Source: Candidatus Woesearchaeota archaeon (GTDB lineage Archaea; Nanobdellota; Nanobdellia; UBA10117; JABICX01). From it: a stretch of DNA of 64,000 nt. Location of the stretch: positions 30,747 through 94,746 of the forward strand of contig JABICX010000004.1 in the NCBI GenBank assembly GCA_018652045.1, in the 5' to 3' direction. A program made the translations under genes and the position numbers. Positions within the stretch are counted from its first letter, which is position 1. The number at the start of each line of letters is the position of its first letter. Below are positions 17,853-27,012 of this stretch, piece after piece. The notes under the pieces were generated by a model that saw only the letters and a program-made list of their open reading frames with translations, ran no database searches and was not told where the DNA came from.

Positions 17853-18404
17853 ATGGTAAGCAATAGTCAAAAAGAACAAAAATGTCCGTACATGGCGGGC
17901 GCAGGTGATGGTGCACATTTTAGTTGCGAGACTTACTGGGAAAGTATTCGTCAAAAAGAAGAGAATATTCGAGATGGATTTAAAATCGCAGGTATAACTG
18001 ATGAGTTTCAGTTAGATATCGCAGTTGATACGAAGATGGGTAACCAACACTATTGTCCAAATACCTGTAGTGTCAATCAAGCAGCCATAGATCAGGTTGC
18101 AGACAAATTGGAAGAATTATTAGAGAGAAATAAAAAAGCTAAAAGAGTATCTTTTTTTGATTCGCGGAAAAAGGGATTTACCATCGGAAACAGACTTTCA
18201 GCAGATAGTCCCGCAGGACTATTGTTTTTAACAAGTCTTATGTATTGCAGAGACGATCGCGGTAACTGGGCTAAAGATACTCAAGGTTACCCAGATATGA
18301 TAGATTATATTCTAGAGCGACGTGAAGATGCAGCAAGTGCTAGCGAAAAAGAGAGAGTACTCGCAGATAGATCTGCGCATAATTCAGACGAGGCCTTTGT
18401 CTAA
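17853..18404 (+). CDS. Hypothetical protein with four Cys (183 aa)
   Basis: ORF with ATG at 17853. Cys pattern CPYMAGAGDGAHFSC ... CPNTC. No family recognised. Confidence 0.5.
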   Translation: MVSNSQKEQKCPYMAGAGDGAHFSCETYWESIRQKEENIRDGFKIAGITDEFQLDIAVDTKMGNQHYCPNTCSVNQAAIDQVADKLEELLERNKKAKRVSFFDSRKKGFTIGNRLSADSPAGLLFLTSLMYCRDDRGNWAKDTQGYPDMIDYILERREDAASASEKERVLADRSAHNSDEAFV

Positions 18405-18493
18405 GCCCATGTTGTCAGAAAAGTTTATAAACGCATTACATTTCTTATAATCACCCCTTGCAATCTTAGAATTCTGTCGCTTAAGAGATGATT

Positions 18494-18546
18494 ATTGAAA
18501 ACAAGCGGTTTTCAATTCCGCAAAGTGCATAGCAATCGGCGTTATT
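18494..18546 (+). promoter_or_regulatory. Structured intergenic element copy B, upstream of rpl3
   Basis: ATTGAAAAC-AAGCG-GTTTTCAAT (9-bp stem, 5-nt loop), then T, then CCGCAAAGTGCATAGCAATCGGCG, then TTATT. Same architecture and flanks as 10684-10737 on the minus strand. Confidence 0.4.
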
Positions 18547-18567
18547 GATAACGTAAAAAGCTATCAC

Positions 18568-18581
18568 AAGCCTTAAAAAGG
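18568..18581 (+). promoter_or_regulatory. TATA-like promoter box for the rpl3 operon
   Basis: aagccttaaaaagg is centred about 36 nt upstream of the rpl3 ATG. The same aagccttaaaaa string recurs at 57618. Confidence 0.35.
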
Positions 18582-18611
18582 CATCATATCAAGATCAACC
18601 AAAGCGAAAAA

Positions 18612-19616
18612 ATGGGACATATAAAACGAAAACGACCAAGACGTGGAAGCCTGCAGTTCTGGCATAGAAAGCGAGCTAGTAGAATTTATCCTCGAATTAG
18701 AAACCAAGCTGAGACAAAAGATGTTCAGCTTATGGGTTTTGCAGGTTATAAAGCAGGTATGACCCAAGTTTTTTACGTTGACTCACGGCCAACATCTCCG
18801 ACAAAAGGAGACGAACTCTGTGTGGCAACAACAATTATTGAGTGCCCTCCGATGAAAATTATGGGCTTACGCCTTTACAAACCATCGATTACCGGTTCTG
18901 CCGCGTTCTGCGATGTTCTTTCTGACGCTTTTGATATTGATCTTAGTAAAAAAATAACCTTACCTAAGAAGAAGACTGAGCAGCAAAAAATCAAAGACGC
19001 AGAATCAAAACTGGAACAGGCAACAGAAATCAGACTTCTTGTCTCAACCCAACCAAAGTTTGCAGGTTTTGGAAAGAAGAAGCCCGAAATTTTTGAGATG
19101 GCTATTGGTGGATCCGACATTAAAACCAAGTTTGAATACGCAAAGACTGTTTTAGGTAAAGAGATCAAAGCTTCAGATGTTCTTACATCTGGTCAGTATT
19201 ATGATGCACATGCAGTTACAACTGGTAAAGGTTACCAAGGTGTAATCAAGCGGTTCGGTGTTAGACGAAAGGTACACAAATCTGAAAAGGGAGTTCGAAG
19301 AGTTGGAACTTTAGGCGCATTTACTGGCGCTAAGACTTGGAGAGTACCACATCCCGGACAGATGGGTTTCCACACTAGAACAGAATACAACAAACAAGTT
19401 TTACTAATCTCAAATCCAAAAGAAAATGAGATTAATCCATCAGGTGGGTTAATCAATTATGGTGTAGTTAAGTCAGATTATATTCTCGTTGTAGGTTCAA
19501 TTCCAGGACCAAAAAAGAGGATTATTAGATTTACTCCAGCGATTCGGATGAAAGCTAAGTATCAGACTCAGGCACCTGAATTACAATCAATTAGTCTAAG
19601 GAGCCAGCAAGGATGA
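18612..19616 (+). CDS. rpl3: 50S ribosomal protein uL3
   Basis: MGHIKRKRPRRGSLQFWHRKRA..., FAGYKAGMT and ...GKGYQGVIKRFG are classical archaeal L3. First gene of the conserved cluster. Confidence 0.95.
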   Translation: MGHIKRKRPRRGSLQFWHRKRASRIYPRIRNQAETKDVQLMGFAGYKAGMTQVFYVDSRPTSPTKGDELCVATTIIECPPMKIMGLRLYKPSITGSAAFCDVLSDAFDIDLSKKITLPKKKTEQQKIKDAESKLEQATEIRLLVSTQPKFAGFGKKKPEIFEMAIGGSDIKTKFEYAKTVLGKEIKASDVLTSGQYYDAHAVTTGKGYQGVIKRFGVRRKVHKSEKGVRRVGTLGAFTGAKTWRVPHPGQMGFHTRTEYNKQVLLISNPKENEINPSGGLINYGVVKSDYILVVGSIPGPKKRIIRFTPAIRMKAKYQTQAPELQSISLRSQQG

Positions 19617-19665
19617 TGTTTAAAATGGAACATTTCAAACAGCCCGCTAAAACGGAGGTTTTAGT

Positions 19666-20439
19666 GTGATAAAGGTAAATGTTTATTCAGTTAAGGGTGA
19701 GAAGGGTGGACAGGTAGAGTTACCTATACAGTTCTTAGAACCAGTTAGATTCGATCTGATTAAGCGATCTATTCTCTCAGTTCATAGTAGAAAGAGACAG
19801 GCACATGGTGCAGATCCACTTGCGGGAACAAGACAGGGAAACGCAACATCAAAGCGAAGACAGCGATACAAAACAACATATGGAGCTAGACCCGGTCAGT
19901 CAAGAATTAAGCGAAAGTATTCTTTCCATCAAGGACGTCAGTTTGGATGGATTGGAGCATTTGTCGCTAGTGCGATTAGTGGAAGACGCGCATTCCCACC
20001 AACTTCAGCTAAAAATATTGTAGAGAACATAAACAAGAAAGAGAACCGTAAAGCAATACGATCTGCTATGGCAGCAAATGCAGAAACTATCAAAGTTATT
20101 GATGATAAATTTATGAACCTAAAGAAAACACAAGAGGTTCAGAAGTTTTTTGAGAAGCTTGGTCTAAAGGACGAGATAGCAAAATCAAAAGATAAGAAGA
20201 TTCGCGCAGGAAAAGGAACCATGCGTGGAAGAAAATACGTTAGACGTAAAGGTGCTTTAGTTGTTGTTGCACAGGAAACATTAGCAACAAAGGCAGTAAA
20301 TAATATACCTGGAATCGATGTAGTTAATGTTAAGCGGCTTAATGCAGATATTCTTTGTCCGGGAATCCGGCCACGTAGAAACAGTATCTGGACGAAAGAA
20401 TCACTTGAGACCTTGAAGAAAGAGAGGTTATACATGTAA
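19666..20439 (+). CDS. rpl4: 50S ribosomal protein uL4
   Basis: GTG start with ggaggt SD 6 nt upstream. KVNVYSVKGEK... and the ...RAGKGTMRGRKY motif. Cluster position. Confidence 0.9.
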   Translation: MIKVNVYSVKGEKGGQVELPIQFLEPVRFDLIKRSILSVHSRKRQAHGADPLAGTRQGNATSKRRQRYKTTYGARPGQSRIKRKYSFHQGRQFGWIGAFVASAISGRRAFPPTSAKNIVENINKKENRKAIRSAMAANAETIKVIDDKFMNLKKTQEVQKFFEKLGLKDEIAKSKDKKIRAGKGTMRGRKYVRRKGALVVVAQETLATKAVNNIPGIDVVNVKRLNADILCPGIRPRRNSIWTKESLETLKKERLYM

Positions 20440-20711
20440 TGGCATTTGGAAATGATAGCAGCAAGATAATCGAAGGCCCACTTTCTACTGAACAAGCAGT
20501 TAGGGAGATGGAGGCAAGTAACACACTTATATTCAGAGTTGCACGAGCTGCAACAAAGAGTCAAATCAAATGGGCAATGGAAAAAGAGTTTGCAATTAAA
20601 GTTCTGGACGTAAGAACTCAAATAACACAAAAGGGCTTTAAGAAAGCCTTTATTAAGTTAGCTCCAGAATCCAGTGCAGTTGATGTTAATACTCAATTAG
20701 GATTAGTATAA
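20439..20711 (+). CDS. rpl23: 50S ribosomal protein uL23
   Basis: 90 aa. LSTEQAVREMEASNTLIFRVARAATKSQIKWAMEKEF..V..V. ATG overlaps the rpl4 stop. Confidence 0.9.
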   Translation: MAFGNDSSKIIEGPLSTEQAVREMEASNTLIFRVARAATKSQIKWAMEKEFAIKVLDVRTQITQKGFKKAFIKLAPESSAVDVNTQLGLV

Positions 20712-21421
20712 TGGCACATAGAACAATACTTCAGAGCAGAGGAAGAGGCGGTCCTACATATACCGCACCTAGCCACCGGTATTTTGGTAAGCTAGCATAT
20801 CCTGCTGTCAAAGAACCAACATATGGTGAGGTTGTAGACATAGTTAATTCTGTTGGACACTCAGCTCCACTGATGATCGTTGAACTTGCAAATCAAAATA
20901 TGTGTCTGATTCCAGCGCCATTGGGGATCAAAGTTGGTCAGAGAATTAGCTTTGGTACTAAAGAAATCGGGGCTGGAAGTGTCGCATTCCTTAAAGACAT
21001 ACCTGCGGGAACAATGGTGTGTAACATTGAATCAAGACCTGGCGATAGAGGAAAGTTCCTAAGGTCTGGCGGAGCATCTGCACAAATTGTTGGTAAGGAA
21101 GGAGATAACGTTATGATCAAAATGCCTTCTAAGAAAAAGAAGAGTTTCCATCCAAACTGTCTTGCTACTGTCGGAGCTGTAGCTGGTTCAGGTAGAAAGG
21201 CAAAGCCAATGATGAAAGCAGGTAATGCATGGCATGCTAAGAAAGCAAAGAACAAGCTTTACCCTATTGTAAAGGGAGTTGCTATGAATGTAGTTGACCA
21301 TAAACATGGTGGAACGCATCGTAGAAACTTAGGAAGACCTACATCTATTAAGAGAGGTACTCCTGCAGGAGCAATGACTGGATCGGTTGGAGCTCGAAGA
21401 ATGGGGCGAAAGAAGAGGTAA
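20711..21421 (+). CDS. rpl2: 50S ribosomal protein uL2
   Basis: GRGGPTYTAPSHRY, VEYDPNR-like region, GVAMNVVDHKHGGTHRR(N)LGRPTS. Confidence 0.95.
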   Translation: MAHRTILQSRGRGGPTYTAPSHRYFGKLAYPAVKEPTYGEVVDIVNSVGHSAPLMIVELANQNMCLIPAPLGIKVGQRISFGTKEIGAGSVAFLKDIPAGTMVCNIESRPGDRGKFLRSGGASAQIVGKEGDNVMIKMPSKKKKSFHPNCLATVGAVAGSGRKAKPMMKAGNAWHAKKAKNKLYPIVKGVAMNVVDHKHGGTHRRNLGRPTSIKRGTPAGAMTGSVGARRMGRKKR

Positions 21422-21422
21422 A

Positions 21423-21812
21423 ATGGTTAAAGAAATATTATTCCACGGCAAGAAATTAGAAGAACTTCAGCAAATGGGCTATTCAGAACTAGCGAATATT
21501 TTGTCAGCTCGTGCACGAAGAGCCTTAAATAGAGGATTTACTGATCAACAGAAGAAGTTGTTAGTTAAGATCAAGGAAAGTAAGAATAAGACCAAGCCAA
21601 TAAAAACACACTGTAGAGATATGATTATAGTACCTGAAATGGTTGGCCAGCTACTCCAAGTTTATTCAGGAAATAGCTTTGTTCCGTTTACACCAACTGT
21701 TGAGATGGTTGGTAGATATTTAGGAGAGTTCGTTGTAACTCGAAGAGAGGTCAAGCATAAGGCACCTGGCGTTGGTGCTACAAGAAGTACAAAACACGCG
21801 AGTATGAAATAA
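21423..21812 (+). CDS. rps19: 30S ribosomal protein uS19
   Basis: FHGKKLEELQQM..., TKPIKTHCRDMIIVPEMVG and YSGNSFVPF. ATG at 21423 lies just after the rpl2 stop. Confidence 0.9.
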   Translation: MVKEILFHGKKLEELQQMGYSELANILSARARRALNRGFTDQQKKLLVKIKESKNKTKPIKTHCRDMIIVPEMVGQLLQVYSGNSFVPFTPTVEMVGRYLGEFVVTRREVKHKAPGVGATRSTKHASMK

Positions 21813-22279
21813 TGAAAGGATATAGCTTCCAAAACTATGATTCGAAGAAAATGGCTCGAGCAAAGGCTAACTACGCTCCAATCTCAATGAAGACAACCTA
21901 TGAAGTTCTAAGACTCATACGTGGACGTAATCTAGATCAAGCTGTAACTATGCTCGGTGAAGTTAAGGAAGCAAAGCGACCTGTCGCATTCCTTAAGTAC
22001 CGAAAAGATGTACCGCATCGAAAAGGAGACGGTCTGTCAATTGGACGTTTCCCCCGTAAGGTAAGTATCGAACTAATTGAGTTACTTACATTAGTAAAAG
22101 CAAATGCTAAGGAGAAGGGTCTAAAAGAAGACGCTTTGATTATCATCCACGCTGCAGTAAACTCCGGACCAAATTTATGGCATTACGGTAGAATCCGAAG
22201 ACGAAGACGAAAGTCTTGTCATGTTGAGGTCGTAGTACAAGAAAAAGAGCAGAAGAAGAAAGAGGTAAAGAAAAAATGA
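21812..22279 (+). CDS. rpl22: 50S ribosomal protein uL22
   Basis: ARAKANYAPISMKTTYEVLRLIRGRNLDQA pattern, with cluster order. Confidence 0.9.
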   Translation: MKGYSFQNYDSKKMARAKANYAPISMKTTYEVLRLIRGRNLDQAVTMLGEVKEAKRPVAFLKYRKDVPHRKGDGLSIGRFPRKVSIELIELLTLVKANAKEKGLKEDALIIIHAAVNSGPNLWHYGRIRRRRRKSCHVEVVVQEKEQKKKEVKKK

Positions 22280-23169
22280 TAGAGCGAGAGTTCATCCGTA
22301 CCAAGATAAAGAACTTACGAATAAGACAGAGAGTAAACGAGGTAGTTAGCAAAGGCGCAGCTTGTGGAGATATTGTTATTGAGAGAACACCTTTGGGAGA
22401 GAAGATCACAATCAACACAATCCGACCTGGCCTAGTTATTGGTCGAGGTGGAGAGACAATTAAGCGATTGACTTCAGAGTTAAAGTCACGTTATGCTTTA
22501 GAAAACCCGCAGATTGAGGTTAAAGAGATTCTGGCTCCCAACCTTGTGGCCGCAACCGTTGCAAAGAGAATCGCAGATGAGATGGAACGATTCGGACCTC
22601 GAAGAGTCAAGGCAATGGGTTACAGATCACTTAATAATATACTTAAGAGTGGCGCGATGGGCGCTGAAATACTGATTTCAGGGAGAGGTATTCCAAGCCA
22701 GAGATCTAGGACACATAGATTTTATGGTGGATATCTAAAGAAGTGTGGCGATATTGCGGTAAGTAAGATTGACGTAGCCATTGAGCGAGCAAATCTTTCA
22801 AGTGGCGCAGTTGGTATTATAGTTAAGATCATGCTTCCAGACACATTTATTCCAGATAGAATCAAGGTACAAGAAGCAGACGTAAAGATGGAAGTTACTG
22901 AAGGTGTTTCTAAGGAACTGAAGACCGCAAAGATAGAGACCCCAAAAGCAGAGTCAGCTAAGAAAGAGGCTGTAAAGCCTGTTGCTAAGTCAGCAGAAAC
23001 CCCAAAGAAAAAGGTTGCTGCTAAGAAAGCACCTGCAAAAAAGCCAGCTACAGCAAAAAAAGTAGCAAAGCCAGCTACAAAGAAAGCAACTCCTGCAAAG
23101 AAGACGGTAATTAAGAAAGCAGAGCCAGCAAAGAAGAAAGCACCAATTAAGAAGGGGGCTAAGAAATAA
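22276..23169 (+). CDS. rps3: 30S ribosomal protein uS3 with about 85-aa Lys/Ala/Pro-rich C-terminal tail
   Basis: KH-domain core (ERTPLGEKITINTIRPGLVIGRGGETIKRL), then the tail ...ETPKAESAKKEAVKPVAKSAETPKKKVAAKKAPAKKPATAKKVAKPATKK... Confidence 0.95.
   Translation: MIEREFIRTKIKNLRIRQRVNEVVSKGAACGDIVIERTPLGEKITINTIRPGLVIGRGGETIKRLTSELKSRYALENPQIEVKEILAPNLVAATVAKRIADEMERFGPRRVKAMGYRSLNNILKSGAMGAEILISGRGIPSQRSRTHRFYGGYLKKCGDIAVSKIDVAIERANLSSGAVGIIVKIMLPDTFIPDRIKVQEADVKMEVTEGVSKELKTAKIETPKAESAKKEAVKPVAKSAETPKKKVAAKKAPAKKPATAKKVAKPATKKATPAKKTVIKKAEPAKKKAPIKKGAKK
22935..23029 (+). repeat. 95-bp perfect repeat, copy 1 (inside the rps3 tail)
   Basis: Base-for-base identical to 28100-28194 by manual alignment. 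Encodes (I/K)ETPKAESAKKEAVKPVAKSAETPKKKVAAKK in frame in both genes. Confidence 0.9.
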
Positions 23170-23375
23170 TGGCAGTATTACGATCAAAAGAGATACGACA
23201 GTTAAATGAGAAAGACTTCCAGTCAAAGCTGGGAGATATCCGAAAAGAACTGTTGAAGCTTCGTGCACAGAAAAGTGCAGGATCTACACCTGAGAATCCT
23301 GGAAGAATCCGAGCACTTCGAAGAACAATTGCGCGAATGATAACAATTAAAGGAGGTAGTACCGAAAAACAATGA
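23169..23375 (+). CDS. rpl29: 50S ribosomal protein uL29
   Basis: 68 aa. LRSKEIRQLNEKDFQSKLGDIRKELLKLRAQ. Cluster order. Confidence 0.9.
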   Translation: MAVLRSKEIRQLNEKDFQSKLGDIRKELLKLRAQKSAGSTPENPGRIRALRRTIARMITIKGGSTEKQ

Positions 23376-23686
23376 GTGGAGATATATGCAAAGTTTGCGG
23401 ACTTCCCGCTGATATCTGTACCTGCTCAGCGCTTGCAAAAGAAAGACAGGTTGTTGAGATATCGGCTGTCAAAAGACGCTTTGGAAAGCTTATGACTGTG
23501 ATCCATGGCATCGATCATAAGATGGTTGATATAAAGGGTCTGGCAAAACAGCTTAAAACAAAGCTTGCATGTGGTGGAACTGTAAAAGGAAACGCCATTG
23601 AACTGCAAGGAGACCAAAGACAGGCTGCAAAGAAAATACTAATTGCTTCAGGTTTCGCAGAAAACAGCATAGAACTGAAGTATTAA
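23372..23686 (+). CDS. sui1: Translation initiation factor aSUI1 (eIF1 homolog)
   Basis: N-terminal Cys knuckle CKVCGLPADICTC, then the SUI1 fold KRRFGKLMTVIHGID...LAKQLKTKLACGGTVKGNAIELQGD. Confidence 0.85.
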   Translation: MSGDICKVCGLPADICTCSALAKERQVVEISAVKRRFGKLMTVIHGIDHKMVDIKGLAKQLKTKLACGGTVKGNAIELQGDQRQAAKKILIASGFAENSIELKY

Positions 23687-23691
23687 ACTCA

Positions 23692-23955
23692 ATGCGAACG
23701 CAAAAAAATATCACAAAACACGAGCTTATCGGCTTGCCTGTGCGTATAGTAAACGCACGCAACCCTGCAAATCTCAAGATTTCAGGGAAGATAACTGATG
23801 AGACGAACCATACGGTTGTGATCGAGCAAGGTGGTAAAGAGAAACGCGTATTCAAAAAATGCGTGGAACTTGAACTGGACCTTGGCAACGAAAAGATCAC
23901 CGTAAAAGGGTCGGACATCGAAGGCAGACCGTGGGATCGGGTAAAAAAGAGATAA
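23692..23955 (+). CDS. rnp1: RNase P protein component 1 (Rpp29/Pop4 homolog)
   Basis: HELIGLPVRIVNARNPANLKISGKITDETNHTVVIE is typical of archaeal Rnp1. Canonical position between rpl29/sui1 and rps17. Confidence 0.85.
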   Translation: MRTQKNITKHELIGLPVRIVNARNPANLKISGKITDETNHTVVIEQGGKEKRVFKKCVELELDLGNEKITVKGSDIEGRPWDRVKKR

Positions 23956-23956
23956 G

Positions 23957-24361
23957 ATGGTAGAGAAAAAGAAAACAACGGCAAAAAAAGTAGCAAAGCC
24001 AGTTACAGCTAAGAAGGTCACTCCTAAGAAGGTTGTGAAGGCTGCTGAAGTAAAGACTGTTGAAAAGAAGTTAGCAGTTAGCTGTTCAGATATTAACTGT
24101 CATGTACATGGAAGTAACAAAGTACGTGGACGTATATTTGAAGGTAAGGTAATCCGTGCTAAGATGGCAAAGACAATAACTGTAGAATGGCCAAGACAGT
24201 ACTTCCTATCTAAATACGAGAGATTCCAGAAGCGAAGATCACGTGTTAAGGCGCATAATCCTCAATGTATCTCTGCAAAAGAAGGCGATATGGTTAGAAT
24301 CGCAGAGTGTCGTCCATTATCTAAATCAAAGAACTTTGTTGTATTGGAGGTACTTAAATGA
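23957..24361 (+). CDS. rps17: 30S ribosomal protein uS17 with Lys-rich N-terminal extension
   Basis: Core GRIFEGKVIRAKMAKTITVEW...KAHNPQCISAKEGDMVRIAECRPLSK, preceded by MVEKKKTTAKKVAKPVTAKKVTPKKVVKAAEVK. Confidence 0.9.
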   Translation: MVEKKKTTAKKVAKPVTAKKVTPKKVVKAAEVKTVEKKLAVSCSDINCHVHGSNKVRGRIFEGKVIRAKMAKTITVEWPRQYFLSKYERFQKRRSRVKAHNPQCISAKEGDMVRIAECRPLSKSKNFVVLEVLK

Positions 24362-24762
24362 AACCAATAAAAGCAAGACCAAGTAGAGGACTTCCGCAAG
24401 GAGCAACCGTACACATTGCAGACAACTCCGGAGCAAGAATAGTAAAGATCATCACAGTCAAGGGCTACAAGACTCGAACACGTAAGAAGCAAAGAGCTGC
24501 AGTAGCAGACCTTTGTACATGTAATGTAATCGCAGGAAAGCCAGATATGCGACATAAAGTTATTCCAGTAGTCATAATCAGACAAAAGCAAGGATACAAG
24601 CGAACCGATGGAACAACAGTTAAGTTCGAAGACAATGCAGGTGTCGTTTTGAGAGACGTCAAGCTTGGAATGCCAAAGGGAACTGTAATAAAGGGACCAA
24701 TTGCAAAGGAGGTAGCACTTCGCTGGTCGCAATTAGCGAAGATAGCTAGTATCGTACTATGA
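24358..24762 (+). CDS. rpl14: 50S ribosomal protein uL14
   Basis: GATVHIADNSGARIVKIITVKGY... and FEDNAGVVL motifs. Confidence 0.95.
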   Translation: MKPIKARPSRGLPQGATVHIADNSGARIVKIITVKGYKTRTRKKQRAAVADLCTCNVIAGKPDMRHKVIPVVIIRQKQGYKRTDGTTVKFEDNAGVVLRDVKLGMPKGTVIKGPIAKEVALRWSQLAKIASIVL

Positions 24763-25166
24763 AAACAAAACTAAGTCTCTCCTGGTTAAGGAGTACACAA
24801 CCGCGAAAGCAACGAAAGTACATAGCTAACGCTCCACTTCACAAGAGACGAAAGATGATGGCAGTACACCTTAGTGCAGATCTACGTAAGAAGCACACAA
24901 AACGAAGTTTTCCAGCACGTATGGGCGATCGAGTAAAGATCTTGAGAGGACAGTTCAAAGGCACAATCGGAGAGATCGAGAAGCTAGATTTAACTAAATA
25001 CCGTCTTCATATAAAAGGCGCAGAACACAAAAAGAGCGAAGGACGAACATCATTTTATCCAATTCACCCATCAAACGTCGTTGCAATCTCATTAAAGTTA
25101 GACGACAAGCTGCGAAAGGCAGCATTGGAAAGAAAGGGATCGCAAAAGAAGGAGGGTAAGAAGTAA
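24759..25166 (+). CDS. rpl24: 50S ribosomal protein uL24
   Basis: KQRKYIANAPLHKRRKMMAVHLS..., KOW motif GDRVKILRGQFKGTIGEI. Confidence 0.9.
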   Translation: MKTKLSLSWLRSTQPRKQRKYIANAPLHKRRKMMAVHLSADLRKKHTKRSFPARMGDRVKILRGQFKGTIGEIEKLDLTKYRLHIKGAEHKKSEGRTSFYPIHPSNVVAISLKLDDKLRKAALERKGSQKKEGKK

Positions 25167-25888
25167 TGTCAAAGAAGCAACATCTAAGTAGATTAGCAGC
25201 CCCAAGAACGTGGCCGATAAAGCGAAAGCAAAGTAAATGGACTGCTAAGCAGCTACCTGGTGCGCACAATATGAAAACATCTATGCCACTTGTAGTTATA
25301 TTACGAGATATATTAGATATCGCACCTACTAGTAAAACAATCAAAAACCTACTAAATGCAAAAGAGATATTGGTTAACAATAAGGCTGTTGGTGAGGTTC
25401 GTTTTGCAACTGGCCTATTTGATGTTATATCTATTCCAAAGCTAAAAGTACACTATCGTATCGTACTGAGCAAACAAGGAAAATTAAATCCAATAAAGAT
25501 CGCAGATAATGAGGCAGATACAATGCTTCTTCGTGTAGAAGATAAGAAAAGCGTGTCAAAGAAGAAGACACAGATTAACTTAAACAATGGTTGGAATCTA
25601 TTGGTTGATAAAGATGATTACAAGACAAATGATGCAATCATGTTCAATACAAAGACAAAGAAAGTCTCAAAGAAGTTAAGTCTAGAAAAAGGTGCTAGCG
25701 TATATCTGATTGGTGGAAAGCACGCAGGACGAGTAGCAAAGCTAATGGAATTACGTGAGACTGGAATACTACGAAAACATAAGGTTGCCACTGTTCAGAT
25801 TGGTAAAGATGCTGTAGATAGCGCATTACATAACATAATCGTCGTTGGGAGGGCCAAGACAGAGATTAGTCTGAACTCAACAAAGTAA
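25166..25888 (+). CDS. rps4e: 30S ribosomal protein eS4
   Basis: KKQHLSRLAAPRTWPIKRK, DVISIPK and IGGKHAGRVAKL are typical of S4e. Confidence 0.9.
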   Translation: MSKKQHLSRLAAPRTWPIKRKQSKWTAKQLPGAHNMKTSMPLVVILRDILDIAPTSKTIKNLLNAKEILVNNKAVGEVRFATGLFDVISIPKLKVHYRIVLSKQGKLNPIKIADNEADTMLLRVEDKKSVSKKKTQINLNNGWNLLVDKDDYKTNDAIMFNTKTKKVSKKLSLEKGASVYLIGGKHAGRVAKLMELRETGILRKHKVATVQIGKDAVDSALHNIIVVGRAKTEISLNSTK

Positions 25889-25889
25889 G

Positions 25890-26399
25890 ATGGTAGATAA
25901 CAAAATGAGAGAAGTCAAGATAGAGAAGGTCGTTCTTAACATTGGAACTACTGGAGACACTGAGAAGATGAAGAAAGGTGTAGCTCTACTTAGCGCTATC
26001 TCTGGAAAAAAGGTTGTTGAAACACATGCTAAAACAAGAATCGCGGTGTTTAAGATACGAAAAGGTCTACCGCTAGGATCTAAAGTCACTTTACGTGGTA
26101 AGGACGCAGAAGCATTGTTATTGAGACTGCTTTCTGCTGTTGACAATAAAGTCAAGAAGCGTAGCTTTACTGAGAATGGGTTCTCTTTCGGAGTACCTGA
26201 GTATATTGATATACCTGAAGTCAAGTACGATCCAAAGATAGGTATTATTGGACTCGACGTTAGTGTCTCACTAATGCGCGCAGGATATCGTATAAAATAT
26301 CGTAGAATCCTAAAGCGTAGGATACACAAAGCTCATACTGTAAGTAAGGACGATGCAATTAAGTTTGCACAGGATAAGTTTAAGGTGGTAATCGAATGA
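25890..26399 (+). CDS. rpl5: 50S ribosomal protein uL5
   Basis: MREVKIEKVVLNIG, FKIRKGLPLGSKVTLRG, FSFGVPEYIDIPEVKYDPKIGIIGLDV. Confidence 0.95.
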   Translation: MVDNKMREVKIEKVVLNIGTTGDTEKMKKGVALLSAISGKKVVETHAKTRIAVFKIRKGLPLGSKVTLRGKDAEALLLRLLSAVDNKVKKRSFTENGFSFGVPEYIDIPEVKYDPKIGIIGLDVSVSLMRAGYRIKYRRILKRRIHKAHTVSKDDAIKFAQDKFKVVIE

Positions 26400-26614
26400 A
26401 AATGATCGGTATTAAGAAAGTCATTGTAGGTAAGACAAAGAGGAAGCGATTCCTACGAAACAACTCTCCACGTAAGAGATTGTTCGGACAGTCACTTACT
26501 CGATGTACTAGATGTGGTGGAAGACGTGGACACATCAGTAAGTACGGTCTTAACATATGCCGAAGATGCTTTAGGGAGGTAGCCAAAGAACTTGGCTTTA
26601 AGAAATTAAGTTAA
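26396..26614 (+). CDS. rps14: 30S ribosomal protein uS14 (zinc type)
   Basis: CTRCGGRRGHISKYGLNICRRCFREVAKELGFKK. The N-terminus is a little longer than usual, so the exact start is uncertain. Confidence 0.85.
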   Translation: MKMIGIKKVIVGKTKRKRFLRNNSPRKRLFGQSLTRCTRCGGRRGHISKYGLNICRRCFREVAKELGFKKLS

Positions 26615-26615
26615 A

Positions 26616-27008
26616 ATGGTAACAACAGATAACTTAGCAAATGTGCTTTCAGCAATAAAGAACGCTGAAGCTGCAGGAAAGAATGAATTAACAGTCAGAC
26701 CTAGCTCAAAAGTCATTGTAGCAGTTCTTGATATCATGAAGAAAGAGAAGTATATAGCAGACTTTGATGCAAGAAAGGACTTACGTGGCGGAACAATTGT
26801 AGTTAAGTTAGCTAAACAGATTAACAATACTGGAGTTATCAAGCCGCGCTTTTCAGTTACACTTGATAAGTTGGAGAAGTTTGAGAAGCGATACCTACCT
26901 GCAAAGGACTTTGGTAGAATCATACTAACAACCTCTAAAGGTATTATGACACACCTAGAGGCTAAAGAGAATAAGTTAGGAGGCGTGCTTTTAGCATACA
27001 TATACTAA
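26616..27008 (+). CDS. rps8: 30S ribosomal protein uS8
   Basis: DNLANVLSAIKNAEAAGK... and ILTTSKGIMTHLEAKENKLGGVLLAYIY. Confidence 0.95.
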   Translation: MVTTDNLANVLSAIKNAEAAGKNELTVRPSSKVIVAVLDIMKKEKYIADFDARKDLRGGTIVVKLAKQINNTGVIKPRFSVTLDKLEKFEKRYLPAKDFGRIILTTSKGIMTHLEAKENKLGGVLLAYIY

Positions 27009-27012
27009 TCAA

